This document shows positions 52,375 to 62,720 of a DNA stretch of 64,000 bases, one piece after another. Position numbers and translations under genes: made by a program. Every line of letters begins with the position of its first letter. Position 1 is the first letter of the stretch. The stretch is from NCBI GenBank assembly GCA_965198115.1, contig OZ240241.1, forward strand, positions 8,362,056 to 8,426,055, written 5' to 3'. The notes under the pieces were generated by a model that saw only the letters and a program-made list of their open reading frames with translations, was not told the DNA's origin and made no database searches. Origin of the DNA: Candidatus Latescibacterota bacterium (GTDB lineage Bacteria; Latescibacterota; UBA2968).

Positions 52375-52690
52375 ATGAGCGATGATCTGATCGGCACGAT
52401 CTAGGTGGGCGTCGCGCTGGCCGCACTGCTTGCCTGTGTGTTCGGCGTGGTGATGTCGACGTTGAAGGACCTGCGCCGGACGATAAAGGACGTGCATCAG
52501 GACGTGAGGGGCCTCAAGAAGGAGACGGAGAAACACTTTGACGGGGTCACGGCGCGGTTCGAGACGACCGACGATAGGGTGCGGGCCGTGCGACTCGGCC
52601 GTGGCGAAGCTGGAAGGTCTGCTGGAAGGCCTGCGCGACGCGATCACGGTGCGGGTCGTCCGAACCGCCGCCGTCTTCGCCAGGGCGGTG
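52375..52690 (+). pseudogene. Small single-TM coiled-coil protein with a nonsense and a frameshift mutation
   Basis: TGG in the 37688 copy is TAG here; the C-terminal KLEGLLEGLR frame matches 55401-55655. Confidence 0.55.
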
Positions 52691-52865
52691 CAGCGGCAGA
52701 TACGCTGATTCTGCAAGAGCAAGGACGATAGAAAGCCCCAGACCACGTAGGGGGGCAACTCCACTGAGGATTGTCTTCCCAATGGCTCCTGGCACCAACA
52801 GTACGTTAAGATGGCCACTCGGTTTCTCGATCAATCATGGTTCACTGGAATAGAGTCGAAGCATC

Positions 52866-53615
52866 TTGGAAACTCACGAGCGTGGACTAGGGGCGTTGAT
52901 TGGCTTGCTGGTGGTTGCCAGCCTGTGCATTGGGGCAGGCGAAGCCCACGCGCAGTCGGTCTTCTTTGTGCGCCTGGCTCCCGAGGTAGGCCGGATTACG
53001 GTCGAACACACCAAAGAAGTAACCATCCAGGGGGGATCGAGTTCAAGCACATCGTCCTCTTCGGGCCTCGCCCTCGCGGGCAACCTCTCGGTCGGGCTAC
53101 TCTTGGAGCTCCCGGGGAGCTGGCTTGTGGGCGGCGAGATCGAAAGTGCCGTCTCCAGCCGACGCAAGCTTGAGGGCACGATTTCTCCGACCCCGAACGG
53201 GAACGTTCACGATGTCTGGCCCGGCCAGTGGGACTTCAGCGACCTGTACGGGGCGGGTGGCAACATCCTCTTCGGGCACTGGCTAGGGGACGGCCGCTCG
53301 CAGGTCTACGTCTTCGGTGGAATCCGTCGAATGTGGACCGAGTTCGCTTCCGGATCGACGAATCCCGAGACCGGAACGGCCGGTGAAGACCGCGAGCGCC
53401 TCGCAAGATGGCCGTGGGCGATCGGCGCGGGTTCGACGTTTCACCTGAAGTGGCCGCTGGACTTCCGGGTCCGCTACTCGCGCTCTCTCACCGACTGGAT
53501 AGTCGTCGATGAGGGGGCACGGCTCGACTACAGGTACGCGGCGGGCGGCGTTGTGTTCTTCTCTCTAGGGGTCCACGTCTTCGAACTGACCACACCCCGC
53601 CCCGATCCTGGGTAG
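52866..53615 (+). CDS. Outer-membrane beta-barrel protein
   Basis: Signal peptide ending AHA-Q; alternating amphipathic strands; terminal FSLGVHVF. Confidence 0.6.
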   Translation: METHERGLGALIGLLVVASLCIGAGEAHAQSVFFVRLAPEVGRITVEHTKEVTIQGGSSSSTSSSSGLALAGNLSVGLLLELPGSWLVGGEIESAVSSRRKLEGTISPTPNGNVHDVWPGQWDFSDLYGAGGNILFGHWLGDGRSQVYVFGGIRRMWTEFASGSTNPETGTAGEDRERLARWPWAIGAGSTFHLKWPLDFRVRYSRSLTDWIVVDEGARLDYRYAAGGVVFFSLGVHVFELTTPRPDPG

Positions 53616-53754
53616 GCACCCTCTACTAGTCATTTGGAAGGACCCCAATCGAACGAACGATCCAGACGCCAACTCCCCGGGGAGGGACGAAACGCGGAAC
53701 AACATTGCGGAGCTTGGTTCCCTTCCCGCCCGCCGCTACTGTAGATTCCGAGGC

Positions 53755-53851
53755 GAAAATCTTGGACCGTGCGGTTGTCATTTGCCCTTGACGGGTTCAC
53801 TCCGAACTGCTGGTACAGCTGCCGCCAACTGAGTCGTAGCGGGCGCGTCAA
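53755..53851 (-). pseudogene. RepA_C fragment
   Basis: PLRLSWRQLYQQFGVNPSRANDNRTVQDFR, homologous to 63335-63423. Confidence 0.65.
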
Positions 53852-53894
53852 CGCGAAAGAGAACTAGCAGCAAGCCCGGCTAAGAGAATAGCCC

Positions 53895-54740
53895 TTCACG
53901 AGTGTGCATCCGTACGTGCAAGTCCGGCTTGGTGAGCGCGCGCAGGTGTGGGGCGCGGCGGGCTGGGGCCGAGGCGGACTCGAGATCGCGCCGGAGAGCG
54001 GGGCCGCGCTCTCCGGCGGACCTGAGGAACTCGATGGCGGCGGCGGGTGCCCGGGCGGTGCTCATGGGTGCCGGTGGGCTCGAGATCGCGCTGCGTTCCG
54101 ACTTCCTATGGACGGAGACGTCCTCGGACGAGACCGCCGCGCTGGCGGAGGCAGTGGGCACGGCGAGCCGCGGGCGGCTGATGCTCGAGGGCGCGGGCCA
54201 GATCCAAGGGCTCGGAGGCGTCGTGCGTCCCAAGGTCGAGGGCGGTGTGCGCTACGACGGCGGGGACGCGGAGACCGGACGGGGATTCGAGGTGGGCGGC
54301 GGACTCGACTGGGCTCGGGGATCGCTGACGCTCCAAGTCAACGGGCGGATGCTCGTCGCCCACGCTGACGAGTCCTACGAGGAGTGGGGCTACAGCGGCT
54401 CGCTCGTCTACGAGCCGGGCGCCGACGGCCTGGGTCTCCAGATGCGGGTCGGATCGAGCGCGGGGGCGTCGGCGAGCGTTCTCCAGCACCTGTGGGCGCT
54501 GGAGAACGCCAGCGGCCTCGTGCGCGGGGGCGGAATGCCCTTCGCGCAACGTTTCGACGCAGAGGTCGGCTACGGGCTCGGGCGCGGAGCCGACGATTCC
54601 GGGCGGACGAGGCTCGGCCTGAAGCTCAGCTCGGGCCGGACGATGGGCGTCGGCCTCGAGTTCGGGGCGAAGGGAGAGTGTGGACCTTGGGCCGGAGGAC
54701 GCGATGCTCCTCCGGGGGGAGCTCAGGTTCTAGAGGCCGG
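53895..54740 (+). pseudogene. Autotransporter-like outer-membrane beta-barrel fragment, frameshifted
   Basis: VHPYV...QVWG..G.GRG, GVRYDGGDAETG.G.EVGGG, YEEWG.SG, DAEVGYGL. Confidence 0.65.
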
Positions 54741-55400
54741 CGCTCTCCGAAGTGAACGCGCTTCAGACCCGGGCGGCCGGACGGCGACTCCGGGAACACC
54801 ACGCTCCGAGGGATGCGTCCGTGCCGACATCTACGGGTGTGAGAACCGCTGTGATGCCGAAAGGCGTTGAGCACATGTGAAGCATCGTGATCGCGGAGTG
54901 GGCCGAGAATGACCCGCGCTCCTATTGGGAAGCGGCGGACGAGCACGAGCGGGTCAACGGGCGGCTTTTCCGGGGGAAGTGGAATTTGCCCAGGAGTTGA
55001 ACGAGGGCGAGGTTGAACTGGCGCGGGAGTTCGCGTCCAAGTTGACCAGCGATCGAGTGAAGGCCGCCGAAGCGAAGTACGCGGCTGCTGGTTGGGACTG
55101 CCGAAAAGTTAGAGGCGCCTCAAGAAGTTCACGGGCACCGCGCACACTTGCTATTCGGCCATCATTGCGTTGCAAAGGGAGATCAAAGAGGACCAGAAGG
55201 CCGAGCGTTGGGCTTTCTAGCGGTTTGTGTCGGTGGTCGGGGCGGTGGCCTTCGCCGGGGGTTTTTCTTGGGTGCGCGAGGCTGCCGTGCGGACCCTGGA
55301 TGCTCTGGGGGCTTGGTGGGGAAGCTGATGTAAATCTCACCGCCTGTTGGTCTTGCTTAGGGGGCGTGGGAGAATAGACCGAACGGATTGGGAGGAAGCA

Positions 55401-55655
55401 ATGAGCGTTGAGCTAATCAGTGTCTTGGTTGCAGTCCTGGCAATAGGGGCGACCTTGGCCGGGGTGATCCTGACCAGTAATCGCGGGTTGCGGAAGGATA
55501 TGCGAGAGGACATGGGAAAACTGGAGTCACGGCTGCGAGACGACATCAAGCAACTGGGGGATCGCGTGGGCCGGGTGGAGCATAGCCAAGCCAAGCTCGA
55601 AGGGTTGCTGGAAGGGTTGCGGGAGGCTATCAGCGGGCGGGCTGCGGCCAGCTAA
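55401..55655 (+). CDS. Small membrane-anchored coiled-coil protein
   Basis: GGAGG RBS, N-terminal TM helix, heptads ending KLEGLLEGLREAI. Confidence 0.75.
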   Translation: MSVELISVLVAVLAIGATLAGVILTSNRGLRKDMREDMGKLESRLRDDIKQLGDRVGRVEHSQAKLEGLLEGLREAISGRAAAS

Positions 55656-56020
55656 GGTTTTGCCCGTTGTCCGGCCTCGGAGTGGGAAAATTGCCTGGAT
55701 GTTTCGTGTCGTCTACCTGAACGGGATGTGCCACTACGCCACGATGCATCCGAGAGTACCTTCCCCCGTGAAAGACGGCCTTGTTCGGCGCCTCGCCAAG
55801 CTCTTCTCGTGCGTCGTTTCAGTCCTGGTTGCTTGGGTTTTTCGGGGGCAGCTGGATCGCGACAGCGGTTGTTTTTCTGGTCGGCTATACTGTGCTCCTT
55901 CAGGGTGTTGATCTCAAAAGCTACGCGGAGACTTCGGAATGCAATCTTTGGCCAAGCGTCCGAGACCAGGACTGCCCCCTTCATTGTTCTGTGAGTGAGA
56001 AACGGTTTGCGTCTTCCATT

Positions 56021-56046
56021 AGTGTGATAACGTCCTTTATCACACT
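56021..56046. other. Candidate tyrosine recombinase core site
   Basis: Perfect IR AGTGTGATAA-(CGTCCT)-TTATCACACT, 33 bp upstream of the recombinase. Confidence 0.7.
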
Positions 56047-56079
56047 CTAATATGACACCCAACGGGGAGGCCCCGCGAC

Positions 56080-57120
56080 ATGAGCGACACCGGCTTCGAC
56101 GGACAAAGAATCACGACCCCGGGCACCGGACTCACCCTCTCTCCGGCAAGCCCGCTTCAGCCCGCGTCCCTGTTCGCACCGACCCCCAAGGCCGCCCGGC
56201 GCGTCCTGGAGTTTTTCACCGCCCAGATCAACAACGACCACACCCGCCGGGCCTACCTGAGTGCCGCGCGGCGTTTTGACGCCTGGTGCGGCGCCCGCGG
56301 CCTCGCCCGGCTCACCGACGTGCAGGCCTTCCACGTCGCCGCCTTCATCAAGGATCTGCAGGGAGAGTTCTCCCCGCCCACCGTCAAGCAGCACCTGGCC
56401 GCTTTGCGCATGCTTTTTGACTGGCTGGTGACCGGCCACGTTCTCGACGTGAACCCCGCCCACGCCGTGCGCGGCCCCAAATACGTCGTCAGAAAAGGCA
56501 AGACGCCCGTCCTGACGGCCGGGGAAGCCCGCGAGCTGCTCGAGAGCATCGGGACGGTCCGAACGACGAAGCGCCAGGACGGAGTGGACGAGGAACCGTC
56601 CCTTGTCGGCCTGCGCGATCGCGCCCTGATCGGCGCCATGGTCTACACCTTCGCCCGCGTCAACGCCGTGCTGAAGATGAAAGTCCGCGACTTCTTCGTG
56701 CAGGGCCGCCGGGGCTGGGTGCGGCTGCACGAAAAAGGCGGCAAGGAGCATGAAGTCCCCTGCCACCACAACCTGGAGCGGTATCTGGACGAATATATCG
56801 CCGCGGCCGGCATCGCGGAGGACCCGGACGCACCCTTGTTCCAGACCGCGGTCGGGAGAACGGGCCGGCTCACGGGCAACGCTCTGTGGCAGCAGGACGC
56901 CTACCGCATGATCCAACGCCGGGCAAAAGCCGCCGGCATCCAGACCCGGATCGGCAACCACACCTTCCGCGCCACCGGCATCACCGCCTACCTGAAGAAC
57001 AGCGGCACGCTCGAGACGGCGCAGCACATCGCCAACCACGAGTCCCCACGGACCACCAAGCTCTACGACCGGAGGCAGGAGGAGATTTCGCTGGACGAAG
57101 TGGAACGGATCGCCATTTAA
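56080..57120 (+). CDS. Tyrosine recombinase (plasmid/transposon resolvase type)
   Basis: RDRAL...ARV, EKGGK, HTFR, ANH, TTKLY catalytic set. Confidence 0.93.
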   Translation: MSDTGFDGQRITTPGTGLTLSPASPLQPASLFAPTPKAARRVLEFFTAQINNDHTRRAYLSAARRFDAWCGARGLARLTDVQAFHVAAFIKDLQGEFSPPTVKQHLAALRMLFDWLVTGHVLDVNPAHAVRGPKYVVRKGKTPVLTAGEARELLESIGTVRTTKRQDGVDEEPSLVGLRDRALIGAMVYTFARVNAVLKMKVRDFFVQGRRGWVRLHEKGGKEHEVPCHHNLERYLDEYIAAAGIAEDPDAPLFQTAVGRTGRLTGNALWQQDAYRMIQRRAKAAGIQTRIGNHTFRATGITAYLKNSGTLETAQHIANHESPRTTKLYDRRQEEISLDEVERIAI

Positions 57121-57270
57121 CCGGTTCCGTTCACTTGGCTGAGTCGGAACGTGCCGCTGGCAGGACGTGCGGTACCTGTGGCCGGACACTCCGACCTCCG
57201 CACCACCCAAATGAAACGCGGCCTTCCTCTCCCAGATTCTGACTGACAGGGGCAGTGCCAAGCCAAGCGG

Positions 57271-57543
57271 GGCAGCCTTGATCAGCGTATTCGCACCGAA
57301 ACCGGGAGTATCCTCGCCGTTCGGGGCATCAACCCAGAGGGCCACGATCTCGACCGGCAGCACCTTGGCCGGACCAATTTTGTCGTGCTCAAAGCCGCCA
57401 TTGACCGGGAAGTAAACGCAGCCGTCGAACATCAGCCCGGAGAACGGCACAAGTTCAGCCGGATCGAGTTGGATCAGATCGAGCAGGTTTTCACTGGCAT
57501 CGTTGAGCGAGCGATTCAAGAGGTCTTCGGTGCCGCGATTTAG
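57271..57543 (+). pseudogene. C-terminal fragment of an upstream gene (possibly a DEAD/DEAH-type helicase)
   Basis: Start-less open frame GSLDQRIRTETGSIL...ERAIQEVFGAAI* overlapping the next start; family call is tentative. Confidence 0.4.
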
Positions 57544-57784
57544 ATCACTTCTCATCCGCACCGAGATGGACGTAGCCAAGAGGGCGCATAATTGCCAGGG
57601 CAACACCCGGCACCGCATCGCGTGCGGCGACAAGCGCCTGAAAGTTCGCAACGGACGCAACTGGGATCATTACTGCTTGGAATGCGCCAGGGCCATCATG
57701 CATCGCGACATGGCCACGCTTGAATCGCACGCCCGAGAACTGGAACCCGATACTGCCCGAGGGAATCCAATAAAAGCATTTTAG
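57530..57784 (+). CDS. Small Cys/His zinc-finger-like protein
   Basis: HNCQ....H.I..GD.RL.V.....HYCLEC; GAGG RBS. Confidence 0.65.
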   Translation: MPRFRSLLIRTEMDVAKRAHNCQGNTRHRIACGDKRLKVRNGRNWDHYCLECARAIMHRDMATLESHARELEPDTARGNPIKAF

Positions 57785-57795
57785 GGGGAGCCTCA

Positions 57796-57965
57796 ATGGC
57801 AAGACGGGTATTCCAGAAACCCAACTCTCAGCAGTTCAACAAGCTACGCCGACAACTCAGCAGTGCCTCGAACGAGGAAGAGGTTCGACTGGCGTGGGTT
57901 CGGTCCTTAGAGGCTTCTCTCGGTATCACGTTCGGCGGCGAACGTGGAAATCGGGACCTGAGTGG
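57796..57965 (+). pseudogene. N-terminal fragment of a probable type IIG restriction-modification enzyme
   Basis: A.NEEEVR..W...L.......E....D pattern, then truncated; strong RBS. Confidence 0.4.
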
Positions 57966-58207
57966 GCAACTTTTTGGACTGCCGGCGTGCAGCAACAGAA
58001 ACTGAAAGCGAGGATTGACGATGAGCGAGCGCACCGAAGCCGATGCCAAGACGCCGGATCAGGACCCGCGCGTCACCGGGATGGGCTCCAGCACGTCGTA
58101 AGCCTGCCTCACTTCGTCGGACGTATATCCCTTTTCCTGGGGAGCACCTTTAAGAGCGGCAAGGGCCTCGCCCTCCTTGACGAGTTTGCATGATTATACT
58201 ACACATT

Positions 58208-58227
58208 GATTAATGTTAATTAATCAT
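58208..58227. promoter_or_regulatory. Palindromic operator of the TA operon
   Basis: TGATTAAT-GTTA-ATTAATCA just upstream of the antitoxin RBS. Confidence 0.55.
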
Positions 58228-58246
58228 CATCACAGGAGCAGCCGAC

Positions 58247-58568
58247 GTGGCTAAGCAGATGAAGTTGCCGAAACCTATGGTCCATCACATCCCCATCACC
58301 AAAGCGCGCATCAAACCTGGGTCAGGTCGGGCGACGTGCCTATCTTAACCGGGAGTGCTTCATCTTGGAGAAAGATGGCATTCCCGTAGCTGGCCTAATG
58401 AACGTAGATGATATGGAAGACTGGCTCGAACTTCAGGACCCGGGCATGCGGAAGCAGATCGCGGAAGGCCACGCAGAGTATCAGCGAGGTGAGACCTCCT
58501 CGCTGGATGAATTTCTTGCTGGCGCACCAGGGTCGAAGAAGAAGACCAAGAAGACTGCACGCAAGTAG
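58247..58568 (+). pseudogene. Phd/YefM-like antitoxin with one frameshift near 58314
   Basis: IPITKAR.NLGQV........ILEKDGIPVAGLM..DD.ED.LEL. Confidence 0.75.
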
Positions 58569-58643
58569 CCCACCGGTATGCCGCAGTCGTTCAAAGTACA
58601 CATCACATCTCGCTTCAGGCGAGACGCCCAGAAGCTTTTAAAG

Positions 58644-60063
58644 GGCTATATCCGGATCTCTCAACGAGATGAAGTGGGTGAAGGTGCCGTGGTTCCTGGC
58701 ATGGGGGCGCGGTTAGAGTGTGCGGAACCTCTTCGGAATCTGCTCAGGGATGTTTATGTCTCCGACGGTAAGGAAGATCATATCGTTGAATGCGTCGAGT
58801 GTGCGGAATCCGCTGGCTCGGTTCTTGACGATCTGGACGATTCGGTTGAGGCCTTCGGCGATGGCGTTGGTAAGACGCGTGTTCACGAATGCGAGGACGC
58901 CGAAGAAGTGCTGTCGCAGGGTCCTGACGAACTTTCGCAGGGGTTCAAGTCGACTTCTGAGTGCGGACGTCGTCCAGCATTTCAGGAAGCGTTCGGCAGC
59001 CCAGGGCGCTTTGTATTCCCAGAACTGCTCGAACTCGTCCTTGAGTCTCCAGGCTCTATAGATTCGGTAGTTCGCCTTCTCCAGTGCTTTGAGTGTCCGA
59101 GTATCCCCTCTGGAGCGTGTCGCTGAGTGCCGGTAGAGGAGCCATCGGAGGCCCTTCATGGCTTTGCGCTCATCCGGGGCAGCTTCACGCCACTGGTCCT
59201 TACGGACCTCGTCAACGGCGGCATTGAGAGCCTTGACGATGTGAAAGCGATCGAGGACCAGCTTGGCATTCGGACAGTGTTCCTGGATGGCTCCGATGTA
59301 AGCTTCGCTCATGTCGCAGCAGGCCCACTCGATCTTGGATCTCCGGTAGGGACTGAGAGCCTCTGTGAAGAACCGATCGATCGTTTTACGCGCCCTGCCG
59401 CGGCCAACCCACACCACGCAGGAGCGGTCCAGATCGTAAACGAGCGTGGCGTACCTGTGACGCTTGGCGTAGGAGATCTCGTCGATCCCGATGGTTTTGA
59501 GCCCTCGGATACGATGACCTTCACGAAGCCGCGTGATGGATCGGTGAAGGAGATCCGACAGCGTCGAGGCAGAGATGCGCAGTAACTCGGACGCCGCCTT
59601 CTGCGTCATGGTCTGGCAGTAGCGCAGCATGGCATACTCGAAGCGATACGTCACCCGAGAGAACCGCTCCGCCCACGGAATCTCCTCGACCACACGACCG
59701 TGGGTAGGACACCGAATCTCCCGAGGATGGTAGAGAAGCCAGACCCTCCACCCGCACACCGGAATGTCACGCCACCGACGCGGATGGGGCATTGTGCGGA
59801 CGATTTTACCTCGACGGCCGCACTCCGGACAACAACAACCATTCTTATGTGGCTTTACGGCGATGACGAAACAGCTTCTCCCCTCAAACCACCAGCTGAC
59901 AACACGGAACCCCTTGAATCTCAGCAGTTTCGATAGTAATCTGCTCCCGGTCATAGGTCGCACCCCCTTCGCTTTGATTGTCCTACACACACAACCAAGC
60001 GTAGGGAACGATCTATGACCTTGTCATTCTATAGTTTCACCGTTGAGAAACCCGGATAGAGCC
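58644..60063 (-). mobile_element. ISL3 copy 2 (intact transposase 58713-59990)
   Basis: Same IRs and length as copy 1. Confidence 0.95.
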
Positions 60064-60070
60064 TTTTAAA

Positions 60071-61490
60071 GGCTATATCCGGATCTCTCAACGAGATGAA
60101 GTGGGTGAAGGTGCCGTGGTTCCTGGCATGGGGGCGCGGTTAGAGTGTGCGGAACCTCTTCGGAATCTGCTCAGGGATGTTTATGTCTCCGACGGTAAGG
60201 AAGATCATATCGTTGAATGCGTCGAGTGTGCGGAATCCGCTGGCTCGGTTCTTGACGATTTGGACGATTCGGTTGAGGCCTTCGGCGATGGCGTTGGTAA
60301 GACGCGTGTTCACGAATGCGAGGACGCCGAAGAAGTGCTGTCGCAGGGTCCTGACGAACTTTCGCAGGGGTTCAAGTCGACTTCTGAGTGCGGACGTCGT
60401 CCAGCATTTCAGGAAGCGTTCGGCAGCCCAGGGCGCTTTGTATTCCCAGAACTGCTCGAACTCGTCCTTGAGTCTCCAGGCTCTATAGATTCGGTAGTTC
60501 GCCTTCTCCAGTGCTTTGAGTGTCCGAGTATCCCCTCTGGAGCGTGTCGCTGAGTGCCGGTAGAGGAGCCATCGGAGGCCCTTCATGGCTTTGCGCTCAT
60601 CCGGGGCAGCTTTACGCCACTGGTCCTTACGGACCTCGTCAACGGCGGCATTGAGAGCCTTGACGATGTGAAAGCGATCGAGGACCAGCTTGGCATTCGG
60701 ACAGTGTTCCTGGATGGCTCCGATGTAAGCTTCGCTCATGTCGCAGCAGGCCCACTCGATCTTGGATCTCCGGTAGGGACTGAGAGCCTCTGTGAAGAAC
60801 CGATCGATCGTTTTACGCGCCCTGCCGCGGCCAACCCACACCACGCAGGAGCGGTCCAGATCGTAAACGAGCGTGGCGTACCTGTGACGCTTGGCGTAGG
60901 AGATCTCGTCGATCCCGATGGTTTTGAGCCCTCGGATACGATGACCTTCACGAAGCCGCGTGATGGATCGGTGAAGGAGATCCGACAGCGTCGAGGCAGA
61001 GATGCGCAGCAACTCGGACGCCGCCTTCTGCGTCATGGTCTGGCAGTAGCGCAGCATGGCATACTCGAAGCGATACGTCACCCGAGAGAACCGCTCCGCC
61101 CACGGAATCTCCTCGACCACACGACCGTGGGTAGGACACCGAATCTCCCGAGGATGGTAGAGAAGCCAGACCCTCCACCCGCACACCGGAATGTCACGCC
61201 ACCGACGCGGATGGGGCATTGTGCGGACGATTTTACCTCGACGGCCGCACTCCGGACAACAACAACCATTCTTATGTGGCTTTACGGCGATGACGAAGCA
61301 GCTTCTCCCCTCAAACCACCAGCTGACAACACGGAACCCCTTGAATCTCAGCAGTTTCGATAGTAATCTGCTCCCGGTCATAGGTCGCACCCCCTTCGCT
61401 TTGATTGTCCTACACACACAACCAAGCGTAGGGAACGATCTATGACCTTGTCATTCTATAGTTTCACCGTTGAGAAACCCGGATAGAGCC
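60071..61490 (-). mobile_element. ISL3 copy 3 (intact transposase 60140-61417)
   Basis: Same IRs and length; separated from copy 2 by TTTTAAA. Confidence 0.95.
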
Positions 61491-62183
61491 CTTTTAAAGC
61501 AGCATCCAGAGTTGACAGATGTGCTCGAACGGCTGCGATCGACGCTTCGTGTAGATCCCTATAATCGCGGGCGCAAGCACAGCATCGCCAAGCTGACTGG
61601 CGTTGCCGAGGGCGAAGGCCAATGGCGAATCCGTGTGGGCGATTACCGGCTCCGGTACGACATCATCGGCCGTGACGTAGTGCTTTACTCTTTCCGTCAT
61701 CGCCGAGAGGTCTACTGAAACAAAGGCCTCTCTAAATGTCAAGATGGGGCTTTCTTCATTTCCGTTCCTGCTTCAAGAGATGTTCGACAGGACCTCGGCT
61801 TGTCTGTCGGGATGTCCTTACTCTCGAATTTGATTTAGTGGGCCTCCTCCACGTTCAACTGCCAGCGGCGAACCGACGCTTCGGCGCAGCATCCAGGCCG
61901 GGAACCAGGGCGCCGCGCGCGCCACGACTTCGACCAGCGGCGCATTGGCCTCCGCCAATACCTGCCACGGCACCACCGAGACCGAGCGGCATGTCACGCC
62001 GCGGATTCTTTAATTCCTCGCCGACGTAAAGCAAAATAGGGGGGGAGTCCATGGAACAGCTTGGCAAGGAACACGCCATTGTATCGAGCTTAGATGAGGC
62101 TTGACACGTCGAAGAACACACGAGACTATCGAGGAAGTCACGGTTTGGTTTCCAAGTACGCAGCTCACCAAAGGGACTTCAAT

Positions 62184-62720
62184 ATGCGCAAGGTCAAGCT
62201 AGACACTAAGCAAGTCTATCTGCTATACGGGGAGAGGTGCTTGGAAGCCAAACAGAGGCTGCTAGCGACGGAGGAGTTGAAGGATAGCTGGCAGATCTCC
62301 GCCGGTGTTTACCCGAACAAGCGCAATCCTGACGGGGCTGGCATCCAGCTCTTCAAGGGAGGGTGGTTCAACGATACCGGTGGTGGCCTTCACTTCGAGA
62401 CGTGGATCAAGAAGACGCACCACGAGCGTGGCGAGCTACCGTTCGTGTTTCACATAGAGGTTGGCAAGGCGCGCGCAGGTTTTGGTCAGAGAGAGTTTCG
62501 TGATGAGTTCCTTGCCTGTTGCGGCGACCAGTTGACGAGAAAAGGCTACGAGATAAACCCAAGATATGCGATGGAACCCGTAAGGTGCTTTCGCAAGTTT
62601 ACCGAAGCCGATTTCTTGGATGTCTGTGTTAAGGAGTTCTTGTTCTTGAGTAGGTTCGGCTCGAAAATTGACAGATCGATCGCCAAGCTTACCAAGGGAA
62701 CCAAGCATGAAGGCAAGTAG
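62184..62720 (+). CDS. Hypothetical protein
   Basis: 178-aa open frame with lower GC; IQLFK.GWFN...G.HFETW. Confidence 0.65.
   Translation: MRKVKLDTKQVYLLYGERCLEAKQRLLATEELKDSWQISAGVYPNKRNPDGAGIQLFKGGWFNDTGGGLHFETWIKKTHHERGELPFVFHIEVGKARAGFGQREFRDEFLACCGDQLTRKGYEINPRYAMEPVRCFRKFTEADFLDVCVKEFLFLSRFGSKIDRSIAKLTKGTKHEGK

Larger units (their letters stand above)
58578..61718 (+). pseudogene. RelE-family toxin interrupted by two tandem ISL3 copies
   Basis: MPQSFKVHITSRFRRDAQKLLK / QHPEL...KLTG...WRIRVGDYRLRY.I.....HRREVY*. Confidence 0.88.

Noticed and set aside
56080-57120. Recombinase as the integron integrase for the attC at 39.7 kb
   Set aside because: No IntI-specific insertion is visible before the HxxR motif; it resembles plasmid resolvases and has its own IR site.
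58578-59126. 182-aa ORF as a real gene
   Set aside because: It is the toxin N-terminus reading into the antisense strand of ISL3.
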